Source: Zootoca vivipara
Taxonomy: Eukaryota
Direction of reading: 5' to 3'
NCBI RefSeq assembly: GCF_963506605.1
Contig: NC_083281.1
Location: 24,614,001 to 24,678,000 of the forward strand
Length of the DNA: 64,000 nucleotides
Below are positions 13,559 through 24,290 of the stretch, piece after piece (the first letter of the stretch is position 1; each line of letters starts with the position of its first letter). The position numbers and the translations under genes were made by a program. The notes beneath the pieces were generated by a model. It saw nothing but the letters and a program-made list of their open reading frames with translations. It had not been told where the DNA came from and ran no database searches.

Positions 13559-13694
13559 GCCTAGCAAATCTAACTCTTGCCGAATCTGAGCTACCACATC
13601 TGGGAGATTTCTTTGTCTTAAAACAGCCTTCATATTTTCCAAGTCAGCATTAAAGATGGCAAGCCACGTGGCTCTTCTTGATGTATCACTTGAT
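13559..13694 (-). CDS. N-terminal helical segment of the terminal IRG exon, upstream of the hAT insertion
   Basis: Acceptor TTTTTTTCTTTCCTAG|A; encodes ...ADLENMKAVLRQRNLPDVVAQIRQELDLLG, which aligns with DLAEVKAALEQKKLEDVSAEAQQQSNLLK of the 42532 paralog. Confidence 0.8.
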
Positions 13695-13861
13695 CTAGGA
13701 AAGAAAAAAAGCATTTTATTTTTTTTAAAATACTACTTATTTTTCTTTGACAACCTAGATACAGCTGCATGGAGGTGAATTGATCTTTGTAAGAGTAGTC
13801 CTGATGGAGGTTATTGCATGCCAAGGCACCTGAACCACAAAGTTCCCAGGAGAACAATAAG

Positions 13862-15630
13862 TCACACTGACACAGAATATTTTGGTTTATGGGTTCAAAT
13901 AGGCCACAACTTTATTGGTTACAGATGTGAGCGCAGGGCCATCTTATGCCTATCCAGCGCCGTGGTTCAAGAAGCCCTCCAGCGCCCCGTCCCCCGTTCC
14001 CATAGTTGCTGGGGCTGGAGGAGCGGGCCACTCCCCCCCTCTTTATTGGGGTGTGTGCGTGTGCAGAATAGAGCGGACCCAGGAGTCCCGGCTCAGCTCC
14101 CCACACCCTCCGCCTCCTCTCTGCTCCAGCCCCTCCCCTCTGGCTTGGCTTTGCTGCCACGCCGCACTGCGCGGCACGGTGGGTGCTGCCGAGGGTGCGC
14201 GCAATGAACGGGGGAGGAGGAGGAGGGCAGGGAGGGATGGAGAGAGTGCAGGGCCTGCCTCTCCTTCCTCTTCCTCTGCGTGGCACCAGGGCCGCTGGCC
14301 GGGACCAGCGCTCGCCTCTCCATCCTGGCAGGGCTGGAGGGCGACTCCTCCAGCAGAGAAGAGGTGGAGGCTCTGGGCACGGCACTGCTTCGGCATGGCA
14401 AGTGAAGGCACCACGTCCAGCCTCCACCTCTTCCTGCCTCGGTGGCCATGGCAGGCAGAGGCTCCGGGCGCGGCGCTGCTTCGGTGTGGCGGCCAAGGGC
14501 GCTGCGTCCAGCCTCCGCCTCTTTCCAGGCGCCAGGGAAGCCCTGCCCAGCAATGGCAAGAAAGTGACAGTTGCTGAGGGGAGGGAGGGGCAGGGTCCCA
14601 AGCACAGTGCCAGCGTGTGCGCAGTCGGTGCAAAGACCGACGAGGCATGCGCAGATCGGGTCGCCTCCAAGCTCTCCTCCCCTTTTCTTTGCTTCCCGCA
14701 ACCTTTTTCTCTGCACGCCTGCCAGCCATAGGGTTGACAGGGCACAGCTGGCAGGCGTGCAGGAGGCCGTGCAGCTCCCCCACTTGCTGGGGCACCCCTC
14801 AGCGCCCAGCGCCCTGGTGCAATGCCCCAGTAAAATAAATGGGAAGGACGGCTCTGTGTGAGCAGTTTGGCTCAGGCATTGGGGTGAAGCCAGACTATAT
14901 CTTGACTCCCGCCTGTCTGCAGGGAATCCACAGAAAGGTAAACCACTGATAGGGGGTGCCCTATAACTTACATTAGACAGTGGCACCCCGAGGGGTCCCT
15001 GTAGGGGCTGTGACACGGCCCTATCCCATGTCCAGGCTTCAGACAGGATTCACACCCCGGGTCCCTTTAACAGGATACCCTTACTGAGGAGGGGCAAGTG
15101 AGGCAACAACCTCCCCTCCATCCAAACAAAGGCTTACCCAATGCCTAACCTCACAAAAGTTGTGACGATTGCTACTAGGTGGGCGAAAACCAAATGGCCG
15201 GTGCCAATTTGCCAAGTGGGGAAAAAATCCTACCTGGCCCCAAGAACTTGGCGACCGACAACTGACATAACAAGGTCATATCTGAGCAAAGCATGAAAAG
15301 TGGGTGGGTGGGTAGGGTGATCTGATGAAGAGGCAAGGAAGAGAGAGTTGGCCGGCCAGCCGTGCCGAGTTTAAATGACCCATGGCCACACCTACCTTGG
15401 CCTCAGATTGGCAGATGACTGCACTGGCTGTGTAGCGGGGGGGGGGGAGGCAGCATACCTACCCCTACGCCGGAAAACTGTTGAGGCTCGGCTGACTGGC
15501 TGCAATGCCATACACCAGATAAAAGGTGAACGGACCTGCCAGCTAAACAAGACCCATATGGAGACTCTGGGCTTCCCACCTTCGCCTCTGAAGCCCAAAG
15601 GTTGAAGGGGAAAACTGAGGATCAATACAG
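13862..15630 (-). mobile_element. Probable LTR- or DIRS-like non-coding retroelement remnant hosting the 13934 hAT
   Basis: Minus-strand AATAAAGTTGTGGCC terminal-like segment and non-genic character; ends and family not established. Confidence 0.3.
13934..14856. mobile_element. Non-autonomous GC-rich hAT element
   Basis: Ends CAGGGCCATCTT / AGGACGGCTCTG; TSD TGTGAGCG / TGTGAGCA; subterminal homology to 17290-17426. Confidence 0.8.
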
Positions 15631-16169
15631 TGATCGGGATGTGTCTGGAGGCTATTGGTGTGTCCAGGTGAGATATTAATGAGATAGGACACTTCAGGCT
15701 GCCTTAGAACCATTGTGTGTTCCTCATTTATATGGGAAGGGCATATAGCCCAGTGGCAGGGCATCTGCTTTAAATGCAGGAGATCACAGGTTCAATCCCT
15801 GACATTTCCAGTTTGGGCTGGGAACGTGCCCTTTCTGAAACCCTAGAGAGCTGCTGCCAGTCCATGTAGCCAGTACAAGGTCTAGCTCAATAAATGGTCT
15901 GACTCAACATAAGACAGCTAAGTTCCTTACTAAGGTTCTGCACAGGGTGTCATTACTCCAAAGAGGTATGTATCGTTTGAGTCAGGAAGGACCCTGACAA
16001 AGAGAAGTGATTCTGCAACTGCAACTTCTGCAACTGAAACCTCCAGACACAGTTTGCTTTGTGCTCTTATCCCCTGCCGGCATAAATGGCAGGAGCCTTG
16101 CCAGAGGCTTGGAAAGAATAGAGGAGCATCAGATGATGACATAAATGGCCTAAGCTGAACCCAACATAC

Positions 16170-16850
16170 CTATCAAGTAACTGGTTTAGTACTAAGGCAC
16201 GCCTCTTGAGATCAGTAAATTCTTCTTGCAGGGTCCTTTGCAGGAGGGGGAAATCATACATGCTCAAATCCCAATTTGAGATAAGAAAGACCCTTGGAGG
16301 AGACTCCCCGGCCTTTGCCAGATTTTCACAGTAGTATTTCCTTATTTCCTTAAGGGTTCTGTCCTCCGTGAAGTGTGGGTTTCTTTTTTCGTCAGCTATA
16401 CTGACATCCACTTTGGTGCGCACATAGAGAAACCTCTTCTTCCTTTTCCTAATTTCACGAGCCAACATGGCATCGTGCTCGGTGAAGCCTATTTCGCCAA
16501 CAATGATGAAGAAATCATACTTTTTGAAATCCATGTCTTTTACGTATTTCTCTGCTGCAAACTCCTGTGTTCCGATTGCTGGCAGATCCCAGAGAGTTAC
16601 GTCGGGGTCGCTGGGGCACAGGTACCCTTTGAGTTCCCTAGTACCTTGTATCATATCAACCACGGCGGCACCCACCTCATTGTCTGCCATATTGCACAGG
16701 GCATTGACCAGGGATGATTTGCCGACACCTGGCCCCCCAGTGATGGCAACGTCAAGGCTACGTCTGCCTGGTGGGTGTTTTCTTTGAGCTGATGTGTCTG
16801 ATTGGGAGCTCTTAGCACCCATAGTTGCTCCTCCGGGACATTCATCAGGT
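16170..16850 (-). CDS. IRG G-domain-only cassette exon B (681 nt, phase 2-2)
   Basis: Acceptor TTCTGTTCTTACTTAG|A, donor AG|GTATGT; G1 GGPGVGKS, G3 WDLPA, G4 TKVD, FLISNW; internal MGAKSS; no C-terminal helical domain. Confidence 0.85.
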
Positions 16851-17116
16851 CTAAGTAAGAACAGAAATACCGCAATGGTTAACTCCTTTTTACATAAAGC
16901 TCCTGTTTAAAAAAGCTGCTTTGTAGGCCCAGTCCAGATCACTCACATTAAAGTCCTAAATAAACAAACATATGAAAGACTGGCTCCTTTCCTAAAGACC
17001 GCCCCCCAAATATCTGCAGTTCAAAAGTGCCACAGCAGTGGCCACACATGGGTAGGGAAGGGAAGGCATTGATCCAACAAGGACACACCCACTGCCACCC
17101 CATTATAAGGGAAAGG

Positions 17117-17426
17117 CAGGGCCGTCTTTAGCAGATGTGGCGCCGGGGTGCAAATATATACCCAGCCATCCGGCGGGCACTGCCAGCCATCGGGGGGGGG
17201 TTGCAACTCTCCCCCATGCCGCTGCGGGAGAGCGATCCTCACAGAGGCTTGAGAGGGAAGCTGCACATCCGCCAGGCTTATGGTTGGCGGGGCACAGCTG
17301 GTGGGCATGCAGGGAAAGGGGAGGCCGCCGGCAAAGCTGCACAGCTCCCCCACTTGATGGGGCACCCCTGAGAGGCCGGCGCCCTGGTGCAGCGCACCAC
17401 TAAGCCCTATGGGAAAGACAGCTCTG
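17117..17426. mobile_element. 310-bp hAT MITE
   Basis: Ends CAGGGCCGTCTT / AAGACAGCTCTG; perfect 8-bp TSD GGGAAAGG at 17109-17116 and 17427-17434. Confidence 0.9.
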
Positions 17427-17952
17427 GGGAAAGGGGTGGGCACAGCTTAGTGCTACAAGCAGCAAATGTTGCTGAATTACAGTTCCCATCAGCCATGGCC
17501 AATGGGCAGGGAAGATGGGAGTTGTAGTTCAGTGATATCTGGAGGGCCAAACGTTCTTTACACCTAACATACAGTATCAGATTCAGGGGAATTGAAATGG
17601 ATAGCCCACTTCATAGAGGCTTGATTCATGCAACGCAGGGCTTATCAGTTTAGTTATCAGGTAACCCCATTGCGTCCTTCCCACCTCACTGTTAAGGTCT
17701 GTGTGCAAGAGAGCACACAGGGGTGGGGTATAAATAACATCATCATCATCATCATTATTGCTTGATGCCAGGAGCTGGAGTCGGGTATGGTCAACTAAAA
17801 GAGGAAAGTGAGGAGAGATATGGTCTCTACATCCTTATATATGGCTACAGCCACAATAACACAGAAAAAAGAAACATTAAACATGTTTGCTTTCATATTG
17901 AGTTGAAGATATGTAATTGAATAAAGTTTGGCTTTAGCTGAAACCAACATAC

Positions 17953-18620
17953 TTATTGTGGATCTTCCTTCCTGCGTCCTGGGGTGGTAATAAGGCATGC
18001 CTCTTGAGATCAATACATTTGTCTCGCAGGGTCCTCTGCAGGAGGGGGAAATCGTACATGCTCGAATCCCACCTTGAGATGAGAAAAACCCTTGGAGGTG
18101 ACTCCCCGGCCTTTGTCAAACGTTCACAGCAATCTTTCCTTATTTGTGCAAGGGTTTTCTCCTCATTGAAGCTTGGTTTCCTGCTTTCAGCATATATAAT
18201 AACATCCACTTTGGTGCACACATAGAAAAAACCCTTGTTCATTTTCTGAATTTCGCGGGCCAGCATGATGACATCATCAGTGAATCTTCTTTCGCCAACA
18301 ATGATGAAGAAATCATACTTTTTAAAATCCATACCCTTTATGTATCTCTCTGCCGGAAACAGAGGTGGTTGAATCCCTGGTAGATCCCAAAGGGTTACAT
18401 CTGGATATTGGGGGTATAAGTACCCTGTTGGTTCCATAGTACGTTTTATCACATCGACCATAGCTGCCCCAGCATCATCGTCTGCCATATTCCGCAGGGC
18501 ATTGACCAGGGATGATTTGCCGACACCTGAGTCCCCTACAATGGCGATATCAAGGGTATGTTTTCCAGATGGCTCATTCATTTGAGCTAATGTGTCTTGT
18601 TTGCAGCTCTTACAAGCCAT
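17953..18620 (-). CDS. IRG G-domain-only cassette exon A (first coding exon, starts MACKSC)
   Basis: Acceptor TTCTTATTTAG| at 18648, Kozak GCCATGG at 18620, donor AA|GTATGT at 17952; G1 GDSGVGKS, G3 WDLPG, G4 TKVD, FLISRW. Confidence 0.85.
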
Positions 18621-19061
18621 GGCTGCTCTTCTGTGAGATTTATCACACCTAAATAAGAACAGAAATATTGCAGCAGTTAACACCTTCTGCATCTAAGTCC
18701 TCTTTTAAAACAGCTGGATCGATTGCCAGTTCATTTAGAGGCCCAGTTCAAACTACTCACATTAGTGTTTAACTCCATTGATCATTCCAAGGAAACCATA
18801 TTCTGGGTAAGCACTGGAACCCCTGGAATCTCTCACCGAACAGAAATTGGGGTGCAGGCAACATTGTAGTTATTAAAACTTCTTAAATAAATAGCTTTAA
18901 CAAATGCTCTTGATATTCCTGTACAGCTTCATCTACATCTCAGTTTTCCTGCCTAAACCCCCTGAAATGGCTGCAATGCTTTGATGAGAAGTTTTCAAAC
19001 TGCATAACTTGGACTTCCTGTCCTGGTGAGGGTTTCTCCTGGAGAGAGCAGCTCTTATATA

Positions 19062-19307
19062 CAGTGGTACCTTGGTTCCCGAACAGCTTAGTTGTCAAAC
19101 AAATCAGCTCCCGAACGCTGCAAACCTGGAAGTAAGTGTTCTGGCTTGTGAATGTTTTTCAGAAGCCAAACACCTGACAAGGCTTCTGATTGAGTGCAGG
19201 AAGCTCCTGCAGCCAGTTGGAACCTGCGCCTTGGTTTTTGAACAGTTTCAGGAGTCAAACGGACTTCCGGAACGGATTAAGTTCAAGAACCAACGTTCCA
19301 CTCACTG
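19062..19307. mobile_element. Tc1/mariner-type MITE
   Basis: TA|CAGTGGTACCTTGGTT ... AACCAACGTTCCACT(CACT)G|TA; same family as 44018-44434. Confidence 0.7.
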
Positions 19308-19491
19308 TATATTTGATTGTGGTCCTTTCAAGCATACGTTGACTTCTGAATACATACAGTAGTAGGAATGGTTGAAATATGGGAAAGTGAGCAAAGAAAG
19401 AAACAGTCAGAATTATTAAGGGGGGAGCTCCTGTTAGAGCTGAAAGGCAGCGTAGAAATATTTTTACAATCAGCAAATTAAAATTGCTTAC

Positions 19492-20820
19492 CATTGGCAG
19501 CCAGTCGCTTTTTGGAAAAACAGCCTTAAAGTGACAAGTTTGACAGCTATTTGAAAGGATTCTTTTCTCTCTCTCTTTTTTAATATATTTTTATTAATTT
19601 TCCAATTAAAACCAATTATATCACATTCATTATTTCAAATTATACACATATATATCAATCAAACCGAATGTTATGCCAAATCATCTAGAAAATTTTTTGG
19701 GTTCCCATGCTTCAAGAAATTGGGGATTCCTCGCAACCGTCCACTGCCGTCTTTTTTCTAAAGTTCAAATCGTCTCTCCGAGTTCATAATAATCCAGATC
19801 TTTCCCTTACAGTCACATAGATGTTTTCCTCTTTCAACCGATTATTTCCCAGCTGCTGAGATAAATGTCAAACAAAGTTTCACAAATGTTCTTTCTCCTG
19901 TGTGAGTTAATCAGTCCAGCCTCCCCATAAATCTTCTTGGTCTGGAGCGTCCCTATTGCGTCGACTCTCAACACGAAGCAGCGCCATCTTAAAAAAACTC
20001 AAATCACTTTCGTTTTCTCTCATAGATTAACGATCTTTATAAAATTTACAGCTTTTCCAGGCAGAAGAACCAGACCTCACACCATGCATAGACTCTTGGT
20101 AAATTAATGGATCTCCTTGCCCTATAGCTGAACTTAGCTTCAGGTCGCTGCTCCAATTCAAAGTGCGTCACAACTCATAAATCCTCCGAACGCGTCCAGG
20201 CACTCCTCCCATCCAACTAGAGGGGGGCTTTTCTCGTCAGCAACTCCTCATCTTCAAAAAATATACTCAATAACAACAGTTTATAAAGTTCAACTCACAC
20301 AGTCTTTTGCTTCTCTTTCACTCCAAACAAGCCAGGACATCACGTCTGGGAAGGTACGAAGTAACTCATATGAAAAAAAAGAAAAAAGAAAGACTCGCTT
20401 CCCTTATCGCTCCGTCCCCCTCAATCCTTCTTCCAGATGAAATACAGCCTTTAACTCCTCACCCTCAGCAGCATAGATTTCTCGGCAGTAAACAGCGCTT
20501 CTGCCCCTCCTTCTGAAGTATGTCCATAGATTTAAGCCTAATTATCTTCTTTATTCATGGAAATCCCCGCCATGCAGATTAGCGTCCGGGAGTCCTGGCC
20601 CTCGTAAGTGCTTCAGCCCAAGCTCCCCCCACTCCATAAACAGTCGGAGTGGGTCTGGGGGCATCGCGGGCCAGCGGCCCCTCTCCGTAACCCCCGGAGA
20701 GGGTAGGGGGGTTGCCATTTACTCCCCTAGCAACCGCCAAATTCCTTACGAAGGTCAGAGGGATGGAAAACAGGTCCGCCATTCCTGCAGGCGGAAATCG
20801 GAACCTCTTTTCTCTTGCAC
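19492..20820 (-). other. Predicted 84-nt 5'UTR exon of the tandem IRG gene, now split by a 1.2-kb insertion
   Basis: Acceptor GTTTTTCTAG| at 20820; strong donor ATG|GTAAGC at 19491. Confidence 0.45.
19571..20805 (-). mobile_element. 1235-bp non-autonomous non-LTR (L1-dependent-like) element
   Basis: 10-bp TSD TCTTTTCTCT at 19561-19570 and 20806-20815; GC-rich 5' end with ATGGCGG; AATAAA plus A-rich tail on the minus strand. Confidence 0.7.
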
Positions 20821-21290
20821 CTAGAAAAACTTATCTGGTACATGGCACGCTTTGAATTTTTTTTTTTTTACATTGACAGTGAAAGCAGGCTTCACTTCCG
20901 TCTGCCTTCCAAACAATGAATAACAGCCAACAAGGAGTTCTGTTCTGAGAATATGATGCTGGCCTAGGTGGGCCATTGGCCTGATCCAGCAGGACTCTTC
21001 TGTTCTGACATTTACATGGGTCTGAAGAAGAACAACACCAACAACAATGCGACAAAGCAACTTGAAATGTCATATGGTTCTGGCTGGGAGCTTCCAGAAG
21101 CCATGACCCAAGTCTGGGGAGGGGGCTATGTGTGGGATGGGGGATGGGGGATAAGGAGGGAGATGCATTTAGCCAATATATTATGATCCACAAACAATAG
21201 ACTGGCGCAGCAATGTATTTAGGGCCAAATGTTCCATTGCTGATAATTCCTGGCTGCTTGCCAGCACACAGCTCTGCTCAAATGGCTGAT

Positions 21291-21308
21291 TTCTGAGAAA
21301 GCGAAACC
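21291..21308. promoter_or_regulatory. Overlapping GAS + ISRE in intron 1 of the tandem IRG gene
   Basis: TTCTGAGAA (TTC-N3-GAA) overlapping GAAAGCGAAACC (GAAA-NN-GAAAC). Confidence 0.6.
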
Positions 21309-21875
21309 TAAACTGGGTGGCTCTGTTTCCTCTTCATTGTAAACCATTTGGAGAACAAAAACAAACGGAAATCTCTCCAGCCAGACAAGCCAGAAGCAGT
21401 CAAGAGACAAGATGTAACGTGGGGAGGCTCAGAGGGGTGGTTGCCCTGGATGCAAAATTTTGAGGTGGCAGAACCATGCGGCCCCACACAGGTGATGGCT
21501 CACTTCATCCTCCACCACTGCGAGGCACCTCTGTCTCCACCAGGCCTCCACTGCAGCAGCTGGTGTGCTTCAGGAAGCCGGGCTGTACTTCCGCAAGCAT
21601 GTCAGTGGCCTTGACGGGCCTTGGGGCAGGTGGCATGCTTTTGCAGAGGACTTGCGGCAGCGGAGACACAGTGTGAGTTAGGCGGGGAGACGGGGGTGGC
21701 AGGCAAGCAAGCGAGCAACAGTGGGGGGGGCAGAGACAATAGCACTCCTCTCTGCCCAGCACTCCTCTCTGCGGGTGCCACCAACCCATGGTACACCACT
21801 GCTCCCAACTACACATTCTGTGTCCAATTGAACGCCAAAAAACAAACAGACAGCCTCTAGGCACCAAAATATATA

Positions 21876-22110
21876 CCCTGTTTCTCCGAAAATAAGATGT
21901 AGCCATAAAATAAGCCGTAGCAGGATTTTTATGCATTCAAGGAATATAAGCCATACCCCCAAAATAAGCCATAGTGATTGGCGCAACAGCAATGCCGGCC
22001 GTGACAGGAGGAGGAGGAAAAAATAAGACATCCCCTGAAAATAAGTCATAGTGCATTTTTTTTGAGAAAAAATAAATATAAGACAGTGTCTTATTTTAGG
22101 AGAAACACGG
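21876..22110. mobile_element. Pogo/Tigger-like MITE
   Basis: TIR CCCTGTTTCTCCGAAAATAAGA / TCTTATTTTAGGAGAAACACGG; TA target duplication. Confidence 0.8.
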
Positions 22111-22619
22111 TATGAGAGACTTGAGTCCAGGGGAAAAGAAAGTCCTGCTAGTTCCAGCGGATGTTTGGAAATATTTTTAGTAAACAGGGAAGAGGGACAG
22201 AGAAAGATGGACAGCAACTATGTGGTGTGAGAGCTTATCCAAAGAGCGTCTCTCTCCACTGTGTCAACCCAAAGGAAAGGAAAAGAGGCAGGCACCAAGA
22301 GGAGGAGGAGGAGGGCAGCTTCCTAGCAGCTAAAGGAGGGATATGTCAAATTAACACGCAGCATCGTTTGAGAGGGAGACTCTGGTTGGTTTCAGAGCAG
22401 TTACTTAAAGTTTTTATACTAGCACTAGCTCAATAGTGATGGCATGTTATTTATTCCCTTTGTAGCAGGGAAGAAGGGCAGCCTTCTCCAACATTAATAA
22501 CAGTAATAATAAACAATTCTGGCTGCCCCGCCCCACCCGCCTAGCAAAGAGCTCAGAGTCAATCAAGCTCAAAAAGAAACGGAAATCATCATAACCCCAA
22601 GAGAAAAGTTCAGCTCCTA

Positions 22620-22975
22620 ACCTGCTGCCAGCCCGATTTTTTTACAGTAAACCTCAGTCCACTCTTCGGAGGTTTCCGCTTCCAGGTTTCTTAACACTTT
22701 TCTGTTTTCTCCTTCCAACTCTCTTCCTTTCTCTCTTCTTTTCCTTCTACCTCCTGTTCGTCGCACTACTAAAAGCAAAAACGAAAGCGAAGTTGCGAGC
22801 GAAGACGATGTAAGATTGCAGGAGAGTTTGAAACTTTCCCTCCCCCTCCCACGAGACTGCTGATGATCCCCTATTTCCCGATTGCAGCAAATAGCAAAAG
22901 CAGCATTCCTTGCTAGGGGGAGCACGGAGCAGCTGCGCTAGATAGACGAGATTCTGCTTTTCCCGGGAAGGTCCC
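22620..22975 (-). promoter_or_regulatory. IRG promoter / first-exon module P1 (drives the tandem gene)
   Basis: kB GGGACCTTCC (22975-22966) overlapping TTCCCGGGAA; IRF-like AAAAGCAAAAACGAAAGCGAA at 22771-22791; donor CAG|GTTAGG at 22621; no TATA at the homologous position. Confidence 0.65.
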
Positions 22976-24272
22976 AAAGGATCACTTGTGAAACTTGAAG
23001 CGTCAGAGGTGGTTAGTCCTTCACCTCTGTTGTTGTTGCCTCTGTGGCAGTCTCAGCAGCTCCCGAGTTGTCTGCAAGCCCACACAATCCAGATATTATT
23101 CCTTGACGGCTTCCTTGTTGTCGACTTTTGCATTGTTACATTGATAGGCCGGGGAAAGTGGAAGCGCTCTAAAGCTGCGGAGAATTTGGGCGTCTTAGAG
23201 GAAATAGTTTAATTTTTTGAAAAATTTTGATATTCTGCAGGGTGCTGAGCGGCTTTAGAGCCTGCACGAGATGCTGGCTTTGCAGACCGGGCAGGAAGGC
23301 AGGAAAGCAAACTCTCCCCAGAGTGTTCCTAGACAGCAAAGCCATTGTCCCACCCACCATCCTCAACCTGAGGGGGATACCGGTATAATGCAAGTGATCA
23401 TGGCACTGCTACGCTCAAGGGTTTCTACAGCCATAAGCAGAGAGGCTCGCCTTTCATTCCCCCAGTTTGTCCTCCTGCTTTCTGCAGCCTGGGGAGCTTA
23501 GAGCTCTTCTGCGTCCCTTGCAGGCCAGACAGGCAGGAAGCAGCTGGATCTGCAAAGCCAGCTGAGAAGCTGCTGCAGCAGGATCTTTTCCTATCCAGCC
23601 CATAGTGCCAGTAGTGACAATTTTAATCTGAACTTTTACACACAGTTCTAGTTACAGGTAGGTAGCCGTGTTGGTCTGGCATAGTTGAAACAAAATTTAA
23701 AAATTCCTTCCAGTAGCACCTTAGAGTTTGTCATTGGTATGAGCGTTCGTGTGCATGGTATCTGACGAAGTGTGCATGGTATCTGACGAACTGTGCCAGG
23801 ATGCGCCTATCACTATGGGACTTTCGGACTCTGAGATACAATAGCCATATCTAAAGGGCTGCCATATGGAGGGCGGTGCAAGCTTGTTTTCTCCTGTTGC
23901 AGAGGGTCGGACTTAAACAAACAGCTTCAAGCTACAAGGAAAGAGATTCTGACTAAACAGGAGGAAGAACTTTCTGACAGCGAAAGCTGTTTGACAGGGG
24001 AACGGACTCCCTCTGGAGTATTAGTATCAATAATATAATTTTTAAAATGGGTGTGGAAGATGAATGCAGAAGAGGTCAATTCTACATGTACAGGAATGGA
24101 AGCAATGAAATAAATCTGTTGAGTCAGTGGTGCTTTTATTTATCAGTTATGTAATTTGTTTAAAGTCTTTATATCATATCATCATATTTCGCCTGCTAGC
24201 GTTTGCTCTCTGTCATGACCCAGCACAGTCCAATAAATGATTTACAAGGAGGACCTACAGCAACCCGTTTTA

Positions 24273-24290
24273 GCTTTCGTTTTCTTAGAA
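24273..24290. promoter_or_regulatory. Overlapping ISRE + GAS between the divergent promoters
   Basis: GCTTTCGTTTTC (rc GAAAACGAAAGC) overlapping TTCTTAGAA; inverted paralog of the 21291 module. Confidence 0.6.

Larger units (their letters stand above)
11648..22720 (-). other. Predicted multi-exon tandem IRG gene with three GTPase domains (~849 aa before the hAT insertion)
   Basis: Non-coding exon 1 (donor 22621), UTR exon 2 (20820-19492), coding exons 18648-17953, 16850-16170 and 13694-11648; all coding junctions are GT-AG, phase 2 and in frame. Confidence 0.7.

Noticed and set aside
13912-15016. Long overlapping ORFs (220-307 aa) on both strands
   Set aside because: They lie in a GC-rich hAT element with TIRs and TSD; low-complexity Pro/Arg/Ala/Gly translations without domains
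18621-18692. ORF-track N-terminus MQKVLTAAIFLFLF resembling a signal peptide
   Set aside because: It is the translated polypyrimidine tract and acceptor; the Kozak ATG is at 18620. The same applies to 30235-30291
16067-18692. Reading ORFs A and B as independent truncated pseudogenes
   Set aside because: Both are stop-free through the G-domain, end at a shared in-frame donor and have no promoter module of their own; not fully excluded without RNA data
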